A stretch of DNA of 64,000 nt, from NCBI GenBank assembly GCA_963803315.1, contig CAWDLY010000020.1, positions 136,426 to 200,425 of the forward strand. The letters are read 5' to 3'. The stretch's first letter is position 1, and the number at the start of each line of letters is the position of its first letter. Source of the stretch: an uncultured Verrucomicrobiae bacterium. GTDB lineage: Bacteria; Verrucomicrobiota; Verrucomicrobiia; Chthoniobacterales; UBA10450. This document shows, piece after piece, positions 18,319-29,255 of this stretch. The translations under genes and the position numbers were made by a program. A model generated the notes under the pieces. That model worked only from the letters and a program-made list of their open reading frames with translations. It made no database searches and was not told the DNA's origin.

Positions 18319-21216
18319 TCAGAATTTCTTCGTTAGGCTAAAGTAAATAAACCGCCCGGTGGGGTCGTAGAGGTACCTGTGGATAATCATTCACGCTATC
18401 GGGCGGGTCGTGGTCGAACAGATTGGTACAACCAACCGAAACGCGCATGCCATCGAGGATTTGCTTCCAACCCGGGCGGGCGTGGCTACCGCTGATGGAG
18501 GTGAAGTCGTAGGCTGCTTGCAGGTCAAAAAACCAGGTTTGCTTCACCCAGTGTTCTCGGCCGTTAAGGCCGAATTCGTGAAAACCGTCACGATAATTCG
18601 ACTGTGGCGGACAACTCGAAGTCCCGCCAACTCCAATCAAGGCGGGATGTTCCTTTCCATTTTAAATAGGCGTCTTCAGAAAAGAAAACGGTTGGGCTGG
18701 GGCTGCTGCGCAGCTCTTTTTCCTTTTCCCCGGGGACGGAGGAGAATTGAAAGGAATCCAGGAAGGCTCACTTGCGTGACGGAGGTGAAAGTTCCGAAGG
18801 ACGTCTGGAGCTGATACTGGAGGGCGAAATCAACGCCGCGGGCTTTTTGTGTCCCGCTGTTTTGATAGGACTCTGACATCGCCAGAAGGTTTCCGTTGGC
18901 ATCTCTCGTGGCGCTCTCGCCCGGCAGTGGATTTCCGGCCGCAACGCGCGCAAGAACATCTTCCGGATCTGGATTCGGGTTAATCCATCCGGTGGTTTCG
19001 ATGTCGAAAAGATCTACGGTCAGGGTGAGCCCCGGAATGAATTTTGGCGTGTAAACGAACCCTCCGCTGAAAGAACGGGAATCCTCCGGTTGCAGGTTAG
19101 GGTTATTGAGAAACGTCGTTGGAACTTCACTAACCTCTGCGCCCGTGACCGGATCTCTCACGTCCTGGAAGAATAGAACGAGCTCCTTGCTGTGCCGAGG
19201 TTTACCAGTGAAGGTTGTTTGAAACCTTCGCCCCAGGTCGCGCGGAAAGTGAGCGAATCGTCGAACGGCTGCCAGCGCATTCCAAACTTTGGCACCATCA
19301 CATTGCTGCCGTTGTTGAGAAATTCTTCGTAGCGGACCGCGGCGGTAAATTCCAGCGCATGAAACCCGGGTGCGGTGCAGCCGGAGCCGAAAACCGGGAT
19401 ACTCGTTTCGGCATAAGCGGCGTACTCGCTTCGGCTTGCGCGCACAGGGAAAAAGATGCCGGTGCCGAGAAGATCCCCGGCATTTTGCAGGACAGTTGTT
19501 TCCTGGCTGTTCGTCTCGTGTTGAAATTGTCCGCCGAAAGCGAGGCCGACGCCGCCCGCGGGCAATTTGAACAGTTCCGTCGTGTAGATGTTGACGTCGA
19601 CCGTCGTCGCACTACCGCGGTCCGGTTCGCGCTCGTGCAGAAGCACGTAGTCAATAAGCCGGTAATTCGATGCGATCGGTCTGCGATAATCGCCGAATGG
19701 ATTGTAAGGAGTGGTTGTGCCGATGTATTCCGGGGAGCTCGGATCAAAGATCGGATCGGCCGCATTGAGCGTGCGATTGAAACGCGATGGCAGAAGGACC
19801 ATTCCAAATGGTGGTGCTAAGAATGTGGCTGTAACGAAATGCGGCGTCGTAACCCCACGTGCCGTCAAAGAGTTTATCTCCTTTGATTCCGGCGGTGGTG
19901 AAAAATGCATCGACCTTGGTGTCAAACTTCGCGATTTCCCAATTCAAAGGTGCGTCCTCTGCTTCCGCCGGAGATTATTTGTTGAAAGGGATTGAAGGGA
20001 TTGTAAGCGCCGGGAGATACACCAGTTTCCTCATAGGTCGGACCTCCGAGCACCGCCCCGGGCGCATGTGGTGGAATCGCGATGAGCGGAAGCCCTGGCG
20101 ATTGAAAATCGTTAGTATTGGAAGGAGCCAATTCGTTGTGCGTATTGACACGTTGATACAGGAAGTCGGCGTAAATCACCATCTGGTTATCGAAGACTCC
20201 GTGATGCGCGTTTAAGTAGGCGCCGTAACGCTCGGAGTCCGGCAGGGCGCTGGTGAAAATCAACGGCGGGAATAGGACACTGCGTCCTTCCGAATAGGTA
20301 TAGGCCGAGGCCGGAGCAGAACCATTACTGAGAAATGGCGCGTGCCCAAAGAAGGTATCGCCCGACCCTGGAGGTGGATTGCCTCCAGCTGCGATCACTG
20401 CTGCGCGCGACAAGCTCCAGATTAAACGGACTGGCATTCGAACTGAGAATGGTTCGAGGTGTCTGGGTCGCCGAATACGATCGGTCACTGTTGAAAATAG
20501 AGTTCCTGCGGTAGTAATTAAGGACGCCGGTGACATTGGTATTTTCACTGCCGAGTCCGAAGACGAGCGAAGAAGCGAACTCAGTTGAATCTTTGTTCGT
20601 CGTATTTCCAGCCTCGATATTCACTTCTGCATCCGTGTAATTGTGGCGCAACTTAATGTTGATCACGCCGGCCACGGCATCGGCGCCATAGGTGGTCGAA
20701 GCACCGTCTTTCAGGATCTCGATGCTTTCGATTGCGGCTTTCGGAATCGAATTCAAGTCGATGAACAACTGCGAGCCATCGGCCGTCCCACCCGGAAAAG
20801 GCGTTACACGATGTCCATCAATCAAAACAAGTGTCGCTCCCGGATCGAAACCCCGCAACGAGATTGACGAAGCACCCAGCGCGAGAGGACTAGACGCATT
20901 ATTGTTCGCGATCGCGACGCCATTGGCGTTCGCGATCGGCAGATTCTTGATCAACTCCTCGCCGGTGCGTTCTCCGGAGGCGTCGATCACTGTGCGAGTG
21001 ATAACCTGCACCGGGTTCGGCCCCACTTCCGCCGCCGTTGGAATAAGAGAGCCAGTGACCATCACGCGCTCAGCCTCCGCAGTCTTCGAAGCTTCGCTAG
21101 CCGATTCGTCGCCCGGGGTTGGCGTTGCCTGCTGTGCGCTAATCGTCGCGCCTAACGACAGGACAGATCGTTGTCGTGAATGCAAGAGCACAACTCTTGC
21201 GGATTAGATTTTTCAA
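18319..21216 (-). pseudogene. TonB-dependent receptor (copy 1), at least 5-6 frame changes
   Basis: TTG 21216 gives MKNLIRKSCALAFTTTI. This is followed by a plug domain (ISLRGFDPGATLVLIDG, IEILKDGASTTYGADAVAGVINI), barrel fragments in ORFs 20325-21191, 19922-20548, 19158-19925, 18676-19161 and 18338-18640, and a terminal FIYFSLTKKF followed by a stop in yet another frame. Confidence 0.75.
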
Positions 21217-21448
21217 GGTGGGGTCCTTTCATCGCTTGCAAAGCCGTGCGAAAGAAAGCGACCGTGAGCTTGGGGCCAACCCTGCGATCTATTGCCGACG
21301 TTGAGTAACGCTACCTTGGCGGATGCCTCAAACCGATTGCAAGCATCAAATTCGGTAAACATAGACAAGCGAGTTCACACCGCTTTCTTTTAAGAGTTGA
21401 AGCGATGATCGCTCGCCGTTTCCAACGGCATTCGAGAACGAGCGCTAC
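21217..21448 (-). promoter_or_regulatory. Receptor leader including motif L3 (core 21385-21448)
   Basis: Minus-strand TGTAGCGCTCGTTCTCGAATGCCGTTGGAAACGGCGAGCGATCATCGCTTCAACTC plus ~170 nt up to the TTG. It is almost identical to 27555-27786. Confidence 0.55.
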
Positions 21449-21505
21449 ACAAATTGCGATTTTTCTGCGCTTGCCTTTGCGATTGCTTCGCACCAACCTA
21501 ACGAA

Positions 21506-21635
21506 GTGAGTTCCCTGCCGGGCGCGGACGTGGCCGGAGCGATGATCCCTTCGCTCCCACCCATTGGAGCGTGATCGCCGCGTCATCGAGAAATGAAATT
21601 AAGCCGGAGCTGTTCGCGTGCTGTCCGGTACCTGA
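21506..21635 (+). pseudogene. Remnant of the ECF sigma gene (internal ~690-nt deletion)
   Basis: The first ~30 codons (SSLPGA...PFAPTHWSVIAA..RNEI) are fused directly to the last codons (LFACCP..). The junction lies at the shared CCGGAGC microhomology. Compare 14698-15471. Confidence 0.75.
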
Positions 21636-21701
21636 AAGTCCTAACCGTGAAAACGCTCGCTCCCCGCATCGCGCTCTGTTCGACATGCGGCAGGATATTG
21701 A

Positions 21702-24462
21702 ATGACGAAAGGCGAGTGCATGTCCTGCCTCGTTCGGCTGGGGTTCGATCAACCCCTGCCGGAACTGGCTTCAGCTGTCTTTGGCGATTTCGAAATCTGC
21801 CAGCGCGAGGATGGCTTTCTTTGGGAACTTGGACGTGGCGCGATGGGTGTGACTTATCGCGCTCAGGACAAGGTGTTGAATCGCAGCGTCGCATTGAAAG
21901 TGATCGACGCACCGGCGACAGAAGGCGGCGGCCAGGCCGTGCGGGATCGCTTTTTGCGCGAGGCGCGCGCCGCTGCGGCTTTCCGTCATCCGAATGTAGC
22001 AGGTGTGTTTCACTTCGGCGCTTCAACCGAAGGCGATCGTTGCTACTATGCGATGGAGCTGGTCGAAGGTGAGACTCTGGAGGCACTCGTTAGGCGCGAC
22101 GGTCCGTTGCAAGTCAAAGCGGCGCTCGAGATGACGGTTCAAGTGACGCGCGCCTTAATTGCCGCCGCGGGGCACGGTTTGATCCATCGCGATCTCAAGC
22201 CGGGTAACATCATGTTAATCCGCAGCGACGCTTCCGAGCTTGAGGTTAAAGTGATCGATTTCGGTTTAGCCAAAGCGATCGCGGATGGTGGAAAAGAAAT
22301 CGACCTGACCAGGGGTGGCTTTATCGGCACGCCTGCTTTCGCCAGCCCCGAGCAGTTCAGCGGCGCAGCGGCCGATGCCCGCTCCGATATCTACTCGTTA
22401 GGCGTGACGCTTTGGTACGCGCTCACGGGCGAGGTTCCCTATCAGGGAAAAACCATCGAAGAGATTCGCCATTGTCAGAGCGATCTCCCACTGCCGGTGC
22501 AAAATTTGGTCGCGCGCAAAATCCCGACTTCCGTCATTCAGCTATTGCGCCGCATTCTCGCAGTTGATCCAACTCAGCGGCCAGCGTCAGCTCGGGAATT
22601 TATGGAAGCCCTTGAGTCATGCCGCTCACGTTTGGGATTCATTCCTTACCAAGAGATCGAAAGCGCAACAAACCTTTCGCATGCTCGCGGCCCTCGCCGC
22701 GGCAGTCGCGGTCGGCGCTGTGGGGTATTTCGCTTTCCGGCCGTTGCAACAGAAACAAACGCCGGCTATTGCAGGCACCACGCAAGGAGCATTGGCGCCG
22801 GTGGTCATACCGATGAAATCGATCGCGGTTCTGCCATTTGAAAATCTCAGTGCCGAAAAGGAGAACGCATTTTTCGCGGATGGAATGCAGGACGACATCC
22901 TCACGGCGTTATCGAAAATCGCCGACTTAAAAGTCATCAGCCGTACCTCCACGATCAGCTATCGCGCGGGGGCCGCCCGCAACTTGCGCGCGATCGCGCA
23001 AGAATTGGGCGTCGCTAATATTTTGGAAGGCAGTGTACGTCGCGCGGGAGGCAAAGTCCGGGTAACAACGCAACTGATTAATGCGCAGACCGACGCTCAC
23101 CTATGGGCCGATACTTACGATCGCAGTTTGGACGATGTCTTCGCGATTCAAAGCGACATCGCGTTACAAGTCGCGGCCCAACTTCAGGCGAAGCTCTCGC
23201 CCAGCGTCAAATTCGCCATTGAGGAGCGTCCCACCCGCGATTCGACAGCATACGAGTTTTACACCCGGGCTAAACTTCTCCGGCAAAAGCCGCTCACGTG
23301 GTCCGAGGATCAGTTGGAGGCGATAGCATTGCTGGACATGGCGGTGAAGCGAGACCCGGAGTTTCACCTTGCCTACTGCACGTTGGTGTCGCTACACGCG
23401 ATCTTATACGCAAACTGGGAACATGTGCCGGCACGGCGCGCTTTGGCGGAGCGTGCCCTTGAGGCAGCAGTCCGTTTGCGGCCGCGTGCGGCCGAGACTC
23501 ATCTCGCTCGAGCGGATTACTATTGTCGCTGCGAGTTTGATTACGACAAAGCCCGGGCAGAACTTGCCTTGGCCCAGCGGGAACTTTCTGGCGAACCGCG
23601 GTTTTTCATCACCGCAGCCAAAATAGACGGATTTCAAGGCCGTTCAGAGGACGAACCTCGCAATTGGGAGAAGGCACTCGAACTCGACCCCCGCAACATG
23701 CAGAGCTACAAGCAGCTCTTCGAATCTTACCGTCACGTGCGGCGCTATTCAGAAGCCGCCGCGGCTCTGCAACGAGCAGCGACTATCGATCCGACCTCGG
23801 TGTGGCCGCGGATATTACGCGGTGAACTCGAACTGCAGTGGCGGGCCAAGACCAAGCCTTTGCATGAGATTTGCGACGAGTTGATGAAAGATCCAGAGAT
23901 CGCCGCTAGTTGGGCCCATGTGTGGTTCGGCCTTGCCTTCTGCGAGCGTGATCCAGATGCGGCTGCCAAGGCGGCGGCGGTGGTTGAAGAACTGACTTAC
24001 GACGGGGTGATAGTTCCGAAGGCGTGGTTTGCTGGTTTATCTGCATCGAGCCGAAACGACCAAATCACGGCAAAGAAAGCGTTCATGTCAGCTCGCGCTG
24101 AAGCGGAAAAAACATTAGCGGAGCAGCCTGAAGAAGGAACGGCGTGGTGTGCGCTTGGCCTCATCGACGCCGCTTTGGGACGGAAAGACCGAGCGATTCA
24201 TGAAGGTCGCCGGGCTGTGGAACTTCTCCCCGTAACCAAGAATGCTGATACCGGTGGGATTATCCAGGATTTCCTTGCCCTGATCTACGTCTTCTGCGGG
24301 GAGAAGGACCTTGCGATCGAACAACTGAAGACTTCGATGAAATCCTACAACGGCATGTGGTCCTACGGAGAACTCCGCCTGCAGCCGTATTGGGATCCGT
24401 TGCGCGGTGATCCGCGTTTTGAGAAATTCGTCGCCAGTCTTGCGCCGAAACCGGGCGAGTGA
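21702..24462 (+). pseudogene. Membrane Ser/Thr protein kinase with periplasmic TPR domain (copy 2), 1-2 frameshifts
   Basis: The kinase domain is ~95% identical to copy 1. ORFs 21702-22841 and 22564-24462 join near 22682-22690. The ancestral GTG start and Cys4 N-terminus are lost (extra C near 21700, and GTG changed to CTG at 21632). Confidence 0.7.
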
Positions 24463-24534
24463 GCGTTGATCACCGTGACCCTGATCAGAGTTTGTCAACC
24501 GGACTCTTCGATTAAAAGAGGTTCAAACGAAACT

Positions 24535-27500
24535 CTAAAATTTCTTCGTTAGGCTGACATAGACGAAGCGGCCAACGGCGTCGTAAATGAAACCCGGATA
24601 GCCCGTCGAGTTACCGAAGCCCCCGAAAGCTATTGGGTTATCCTGGCCAAATACATTGTTGCAACCAACCGTGATGCTAGTGTTGTTCACCAGGTTCTTC
24701 CAGCACGGCATTGAGTAATTGGCCGTTTGTGAGTGGCTTCGCGACGATCCTTACTGTCCTTAGAGTATCCTGCCACTGGCTGTGACTCCACCGGAGGCGC
24801 GAAAGCGAAGTTGTAGGTTCCCTGCACATCAAAGGTCCAGGTGGCCTTGATCCAATGCTCCTTCTTTTTGTCAGGCAAAAAGTCCGCATCGAAGAGAATT
24901 TCGTGGAAACCACTGATGTAGTTCACGCTCGCGAAGATATCGAAGTTGTTCCAAGTCCAGTCGAGCGACGATCTGCCCTTCCATTTCAGATAACCATCGT
25001 CGGCGGTCGAAGATGAGAAACCCGTCCCTATTCCCGATATTTGTCCGACCGGAGTGCCGCTGACTTCGATCGTTGGATTGCCGGCAGTCAGCTGTAGTCT
25101 GAAGGAATCCAGATATGTCGCCTGCGTCAGCGAAGTAAATGTGCCGAAGGGCGATTGGTATTGATATTGGATTCCAAAATCGACACCACGTGCGCGCGCC
25201 TGGGCGGCGTTTTGGAAGGTAAAGCCGATGAGTGAGATGTTGCCGGCGACGTCACGCTCGACGAACTCACCAGGAAGGAGAGTGCCAGCAGCCTCACGAG
25301 CGAGCACCTGATTGGCATCTGGCGTCGCCACGACACCTGTGCGTTCGATGCTCCAGAGATCGAGCGAGAGAGTCAAACCCGGCACGAATTTGGGCGTAAA
25401 GACCACGCCTGAGCTGAATGAGTGCGAGTCCTCTGGTTGGAGATTCGGATTGCTCGAAAACAGGATATTTGTTTCTGATTCGAAATTTCCCGTGAGAGGA
25501 TCGGTCGTAGGCGTAAGTGCCAGCGGTGGCGCCCGAAAATAGCTCAAAGAGCGACGGTTCGCGGAAGCCTTTACCCCATGTCGCGCGGATGGTTAACGAG
25601 TCGTCAAAGGGCTGCCAGCGCATACCCAGTTTCGGCACCAAAACATTCGTGTCGTTGTTGCGAAACTCTTCGTAGCGGCCCGCCGCATTAAATTCCAAGG
25701 CGCGGAAGCCAGGAATCGCGTTTTCCGGGCTGAAAATCGGAATGGACGTCTCCGCATAGAACGCAAACGTTTTGCGGCCGCCGATCCGTACCGAAGAGGC
25801 CCACGTCGATGATCGATTGATCCACGCTCTGCTCGATGTTTTCACGGCGGAACTGTCCGCCGACGGCAAACCCAACACCGCCCGCCCGGAAGTTTAAACA
25901 GCTGGGTGGTGTAGATGGTCGCGTCGAGGGTTGCCAATTTAGAGGAATCGATCTCCTTGGGATGCCCGAGAACGAAATCCACGAGCGCGGCATTGGAAGG
26001 GATGTCAACCCGATAATCGCCAAATGGATTGTAGGCAGCCGCTCCTTCGAGAACTCCGCCCGGTCCAAAGATCGGGTCGGCCTGATTCAAAACTTGATTA
26101 TAACGCGGGATGGAAACGATCTGTGCCGTAAAAGTCTCCTTGACTTGACTGTAGCGGAACCCGAAATCGTAACCCCAGTTCCCGTCGAATAGTTTGTCAC
26201 CTCTGGCACCGAGGGTGAAGAGTATTGCATCGGTCTCGTCATTAAATAGTCGGTTGCCGAATTCAGCCGCTCGCAAACGGCTGCCGCCCGAAATAATCTG
26301 CCCAAACGGATTGAATGGGTTGAAGGCATTGGCCGGAACTCCGGTCTCCGCGTGGGTTGGTGTGTCAGGTGGTTCAGCGCCGGGCGCGATCGGTGTATTT
26401 GGGGGAATTGCGATCGCGATAAACCCAGCGGTCTGGAAATCTCCAGTGGCTAGCGGCGCCAGTTCGTTATGGGTCTTTACATTTTGATAAAGCATGTCGG
26501 CATAGAGCACTAATTGTTCGCCACAGATCTTGTGCTCGGCGTTCACGTATCCGCCCCACCGTTCCGATTCCGGAAACGAGCTCGAGAAGGCGTTAAAGTT
26601 AAAGAACGAAGTACGCCCGAGCTCGAATAGACATAGTCCGAGGCCGGGCTAAAGCCATTCGTGAAGAACGGCGCATGACCAAAGAATACGGGAAGCGGCA
26701 CACCATTGGCGTCCACAGGGAGAGTCGCCGGATCGACTCCCGCTGCGATGACTACGTCCCTGCTTAACTGCAAATTTGCCGGACTTGAGTTCGTGCTAAG
26801 GAATGGCGGCTTGGAGGAAAGCCCACCACGGTCACGGTTAAAGATCGAGTTGTGATGATAATAGTTAATGACACCGCTGACCTGCGTCGTCTCATCGCCG
26901 ATACCAAACAGGAGGTCGGCCGTGTAAAGGCCACCATCCTTGTCGAGTGTATTGCCATAAGATAGTGTCGCCTCCGCTCCACGGTAATTGTGGCGGAGCT
27001 TGAGGTTGACGACACCAGCAACCGCGTCTGCACCGTAGGTGCTCGAAGCGCCATCCTTCAGAATTTCAATGGAGTCGATCGCCGCCCGTGGGATCGAATT
27101 CAAATCCACGAAGGATGTTGTGCCACCGTTTCCAATCGGATACGGGGCAACACGCCTGCCGTCGACCAAAGTGAGGGTGGCACTGGCATCGAAACCGCGC
27201 AGCGAAACCGAAGAAGCGCCCGAAGTAAAGCCGGTCGCGTTATTCGAAACAGGAACACCATTGGCATTCGCCACCGGGAGATTGCGGATGAGTTCTTCGG
27301 CGTTGCGCTCACCGCGCTTGTTGATCAAATCGCGATTGATGGTCAAAATCGGGTTCGGCCCCACTTCTTCCGCCGTTGGAATGTTGGAACCGGTTACAAT
27401 GACGCGCTGAGCTTCCGCAGTCTCCGAAGCTTCGATTGCCGATTGGTCGCTCGGAGTTGGTGCTGCCTGCTGTGCACTAGTCGTCGTGCCTAACGACAGA

Positions 27501-27554
27501 ACGATCGTCGTAGTGAATGCAAGAGTACAGACCCTTGCGGATTAGATTTTTCAA
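24535..27554 (-). pseudogene. TonB-dependent receptor (copy 2), at least 5 frame changes
   Basis: TTG 27554 gives MKNLIRK. The plug and barrel lie in ORFs 26543-27364, 25842-26546, 25294-25878 and 24687-25547. The C-terminus ...GRFVYVSLTKKF followed by a stop is in another frame. About two-thirds identical to copy 1 by eye. Confidence 0.75.
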
Positions 27555-27786
27555 GGTGGGGTCCTTTCATCGCTTGCAAAGCCGTGCGAAAGAAAGCGAC
27601 CGTGAGCTTGGGGCCAACCCTGCGATCTATTGCCGACGTTGAGTAACGCTACCTTCGCGGATGCCTGAAACCGATTGCAAGCATCAAATTCGGTAAACAT
27701 AGGCAAGCGAGGTCACATCGCTTTCTTCGAAAGTTGAGGCGACGATTGCTCGCCGTTTCCAACGGCATTCCGGATCGGGCGCTACA
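27555..27786 (-). promoter_or_regulatory. Receptor leader including motif L4 (core 27723-27786)
   Basis: The first ~125 nt upstream of the TTG are identical to copy 1. The core is GTAGCGCCCGATCCGGAATGCCGTTGGAAACGGCGAGCAATCGTCGCCTCAAC. Confidence 0.55.
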
Positions 27787-27854
27787 AGAAATCCGTTGGA
27801 ATCAGAATTATCCAAACGGATTGCATCCCCGAGTGCGCTCTTCGCTAATCATGC

Positions 27855-27870
27855 TGTTCCGTACGGAACA
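27855..27870. promoter_or_regulatory. Operator-like palindrome P2 (TGTTCCGTACGGAACA)
   Basis: Perfect 16-bp palindrome ~70 nt upstream of motif L4. Confidence 0.6.
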
Positions 27871-27894
27871 CAATTTTTGAGGCTGGATTGGCCG

Positions 27895-28024
27895 GATGCC
27901 TCAACTCGGTTGCAAACATCAAATTGCGTAAACATACCCGAGCAAAGTCACGCCGCCTTCCTTCAAAAGCTTGAAGCAACCGATCACTCGCGGTTTCCAA
28001 TGGCATTCCAGAACGAGCGCTACA
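27895..28024 (-). promoter_or_regulatory. Orphan third copy of the leader with motif L5 (core 27961-28024)
   Basis: GTAGCGCTCGTTCTGGAATGCCATTGGAAACCGCGAGTGATCGGTTGCTTCAAGC plus a diverged leader start. No gene follows it before L4. Confidence 0.5.
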
Positions 28025-28086
28025 AGAAATCGTTGGAATTATCCAAGCAGATGTATCCGCGAGCACAGCTTTACGCTTAAATATGC

Positions 28087-28102
28087 TGTTCCGTACGGAA
28101 CA
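28087..28102. promoter_or_regulatory. Operator-like palindrome P3 (TGTTCCGTACGGAACA)
   Basis: Lies 50 nt upstream of the PaaX-like start (28152) and ~65 nt upstream of motif L5, in a divergent control region. Confidence 0.6.
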
Positions 28103-28151
28103 CAGTTTTAGACTGGACATTGTGATCGCGGTTTGTCTTGGCTGGCAGGAT

Positions 28152-28922
28152 ATGAACTCCAAAACCGAAGAATTTCTTTATCTGTTGCTCTGGGGAGCCG
28201 AGACCTTAATGCATCCCACCTTCCGCAATTTGCATGAGTCGTATGAAGGGTGGGCCTACCGCACAGGCCTGCTGCCGCAACTTGCAAGACTTGAACGACG
28301 CAAGCTGATCGAGAAAAAGCCGGGAAAGATGGCTCAGCGCATCTATCGCCTCACCGAAACCGGCCGTCTCACCGCCCTGGCGGGTCGCGATCCTGAGGCC
28401 CGCTGGAGCCGTTCCTGGGACGGGCGATGGCGACTCGTTGTATTCGATTTGCCTGAAAGACAGAATGCCGCACGCGTGCGACTCCGGCGTTTCCTGAAGG
28501 AGCGCAATTTCGGTTACCTTCAGAACAGTCTTTGGATCACGCCGGACCCTTTGGATGATAGAGTGGCGAAACTAGGTGCGGGCGGCAAGGACGTCGAATC
28601 GTTCCTGACTCTGGAGGCCCGGCCCTGCTCGGGAGAGAGCGACCGGGCGATTGTCGCGGGAGCGTGGGATTTCAATAAGATCAATCGGCGTTACGAGGAT
28701 TGTCTCTGCTTGCTGAAAAACCACCCGCCGTTTCATCGAATTGCTGCTGCAGGTACGGACAAGCTTTGGCAATGGGCGCGGCGGGAGCGGGTCCTCTGGC
28801 GCGCGGCTATCCAAAGCGATCCGCTTTTGCCATCGGTGCTTCTGCCGAGAGGCTACCGCGGCAAAGAAGTCTGGCGCAAGCGGAACTCGGTGTTACGAAA
28901 AGCCGGGCAACGGTTTAAGTAA
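28152..28922 (+). CDS. PaaX-family transcriptional regulator
   Basis: N-terminal wHTH (LARLERRKLIEKKPGKMAQRIYRLTETG), then the PaaX signature WDGRWRLVVFDLPERQNAARVRLRRFLKERNFGYLQNSLWITPDP. ATG 28152 is preferred because ATG 28083 lies inside palindrome P3. Confidence 0.75.
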   Translation: MNSKTEEFLYLLLWGAETLMHPTFRNLHESYEGWAYRTGLLPQLARLERRKLIEKKPGKMAQRIYRLTETGRLTALAGRDPEARWSRSWDGRWRLVVFDLPERQNAARVRLRRFLKERNFGYLQNSLWITPDPLDDRVAKLGAGGKDVESFLTLEARPCSGESDRAIVAGAWDFNKINRRYEDCLCLLKNHPPFHRIAAAGTDKLWQWARRERVLWRAAIQSDPLLPSVLLPRGYRGKEVWRKRNSVLRKAGQRFK

Positions 28923-28940
28923 TGTTTCAATATTGTATGC

Positions 28941-28956
28941 TGTTCCGTACGGAACA
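28941..28956. promoter_or_regulatory. Operator-like palindrome P4 (TGTTCCGTACGGAACA)
   Basis: Lies 19 nt after the PaaX-like stop and is followed by A6C5T9. Confidence 0.5.
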
Positions 28957-29255
28957 GTGAAAAAACCCCCTTTTTTTTTAGCGACCGAAGGGTTTTATTC
29001 GGCGGCTAATTCGCGCAAGGCTGGTTGGTTTAGAGAAGCTACCCGGCTCGTTAGGCGAAAATTGTGGTCTAAGTGAAGCGGTCCATGCGAAGCTTGGCGA
29101 AATTTTGCCCGCTCTGCGCCCGGGGCGCATGAGCGCAAAAGGCTCTGAGGCAGGTCGGTGCTCCTTGCCGCTTAGCGCTGTCCTTCTGAGATAAGCTAGC
29201 TAGTGGTTTCACAAATAAAGTTTCTGCAATTCTTCGCTTGTTCTGAAGGCGCGCT

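Noticed and set aside
28083-28151. ATG 28083 as the start of the PaaX-like gene
   Set aside because: The first seven codons (MLFRTEH) are the palindrome itself. The next Met (28152) precedes the conserved wHTH and leaves the palindrome in the promoter region.
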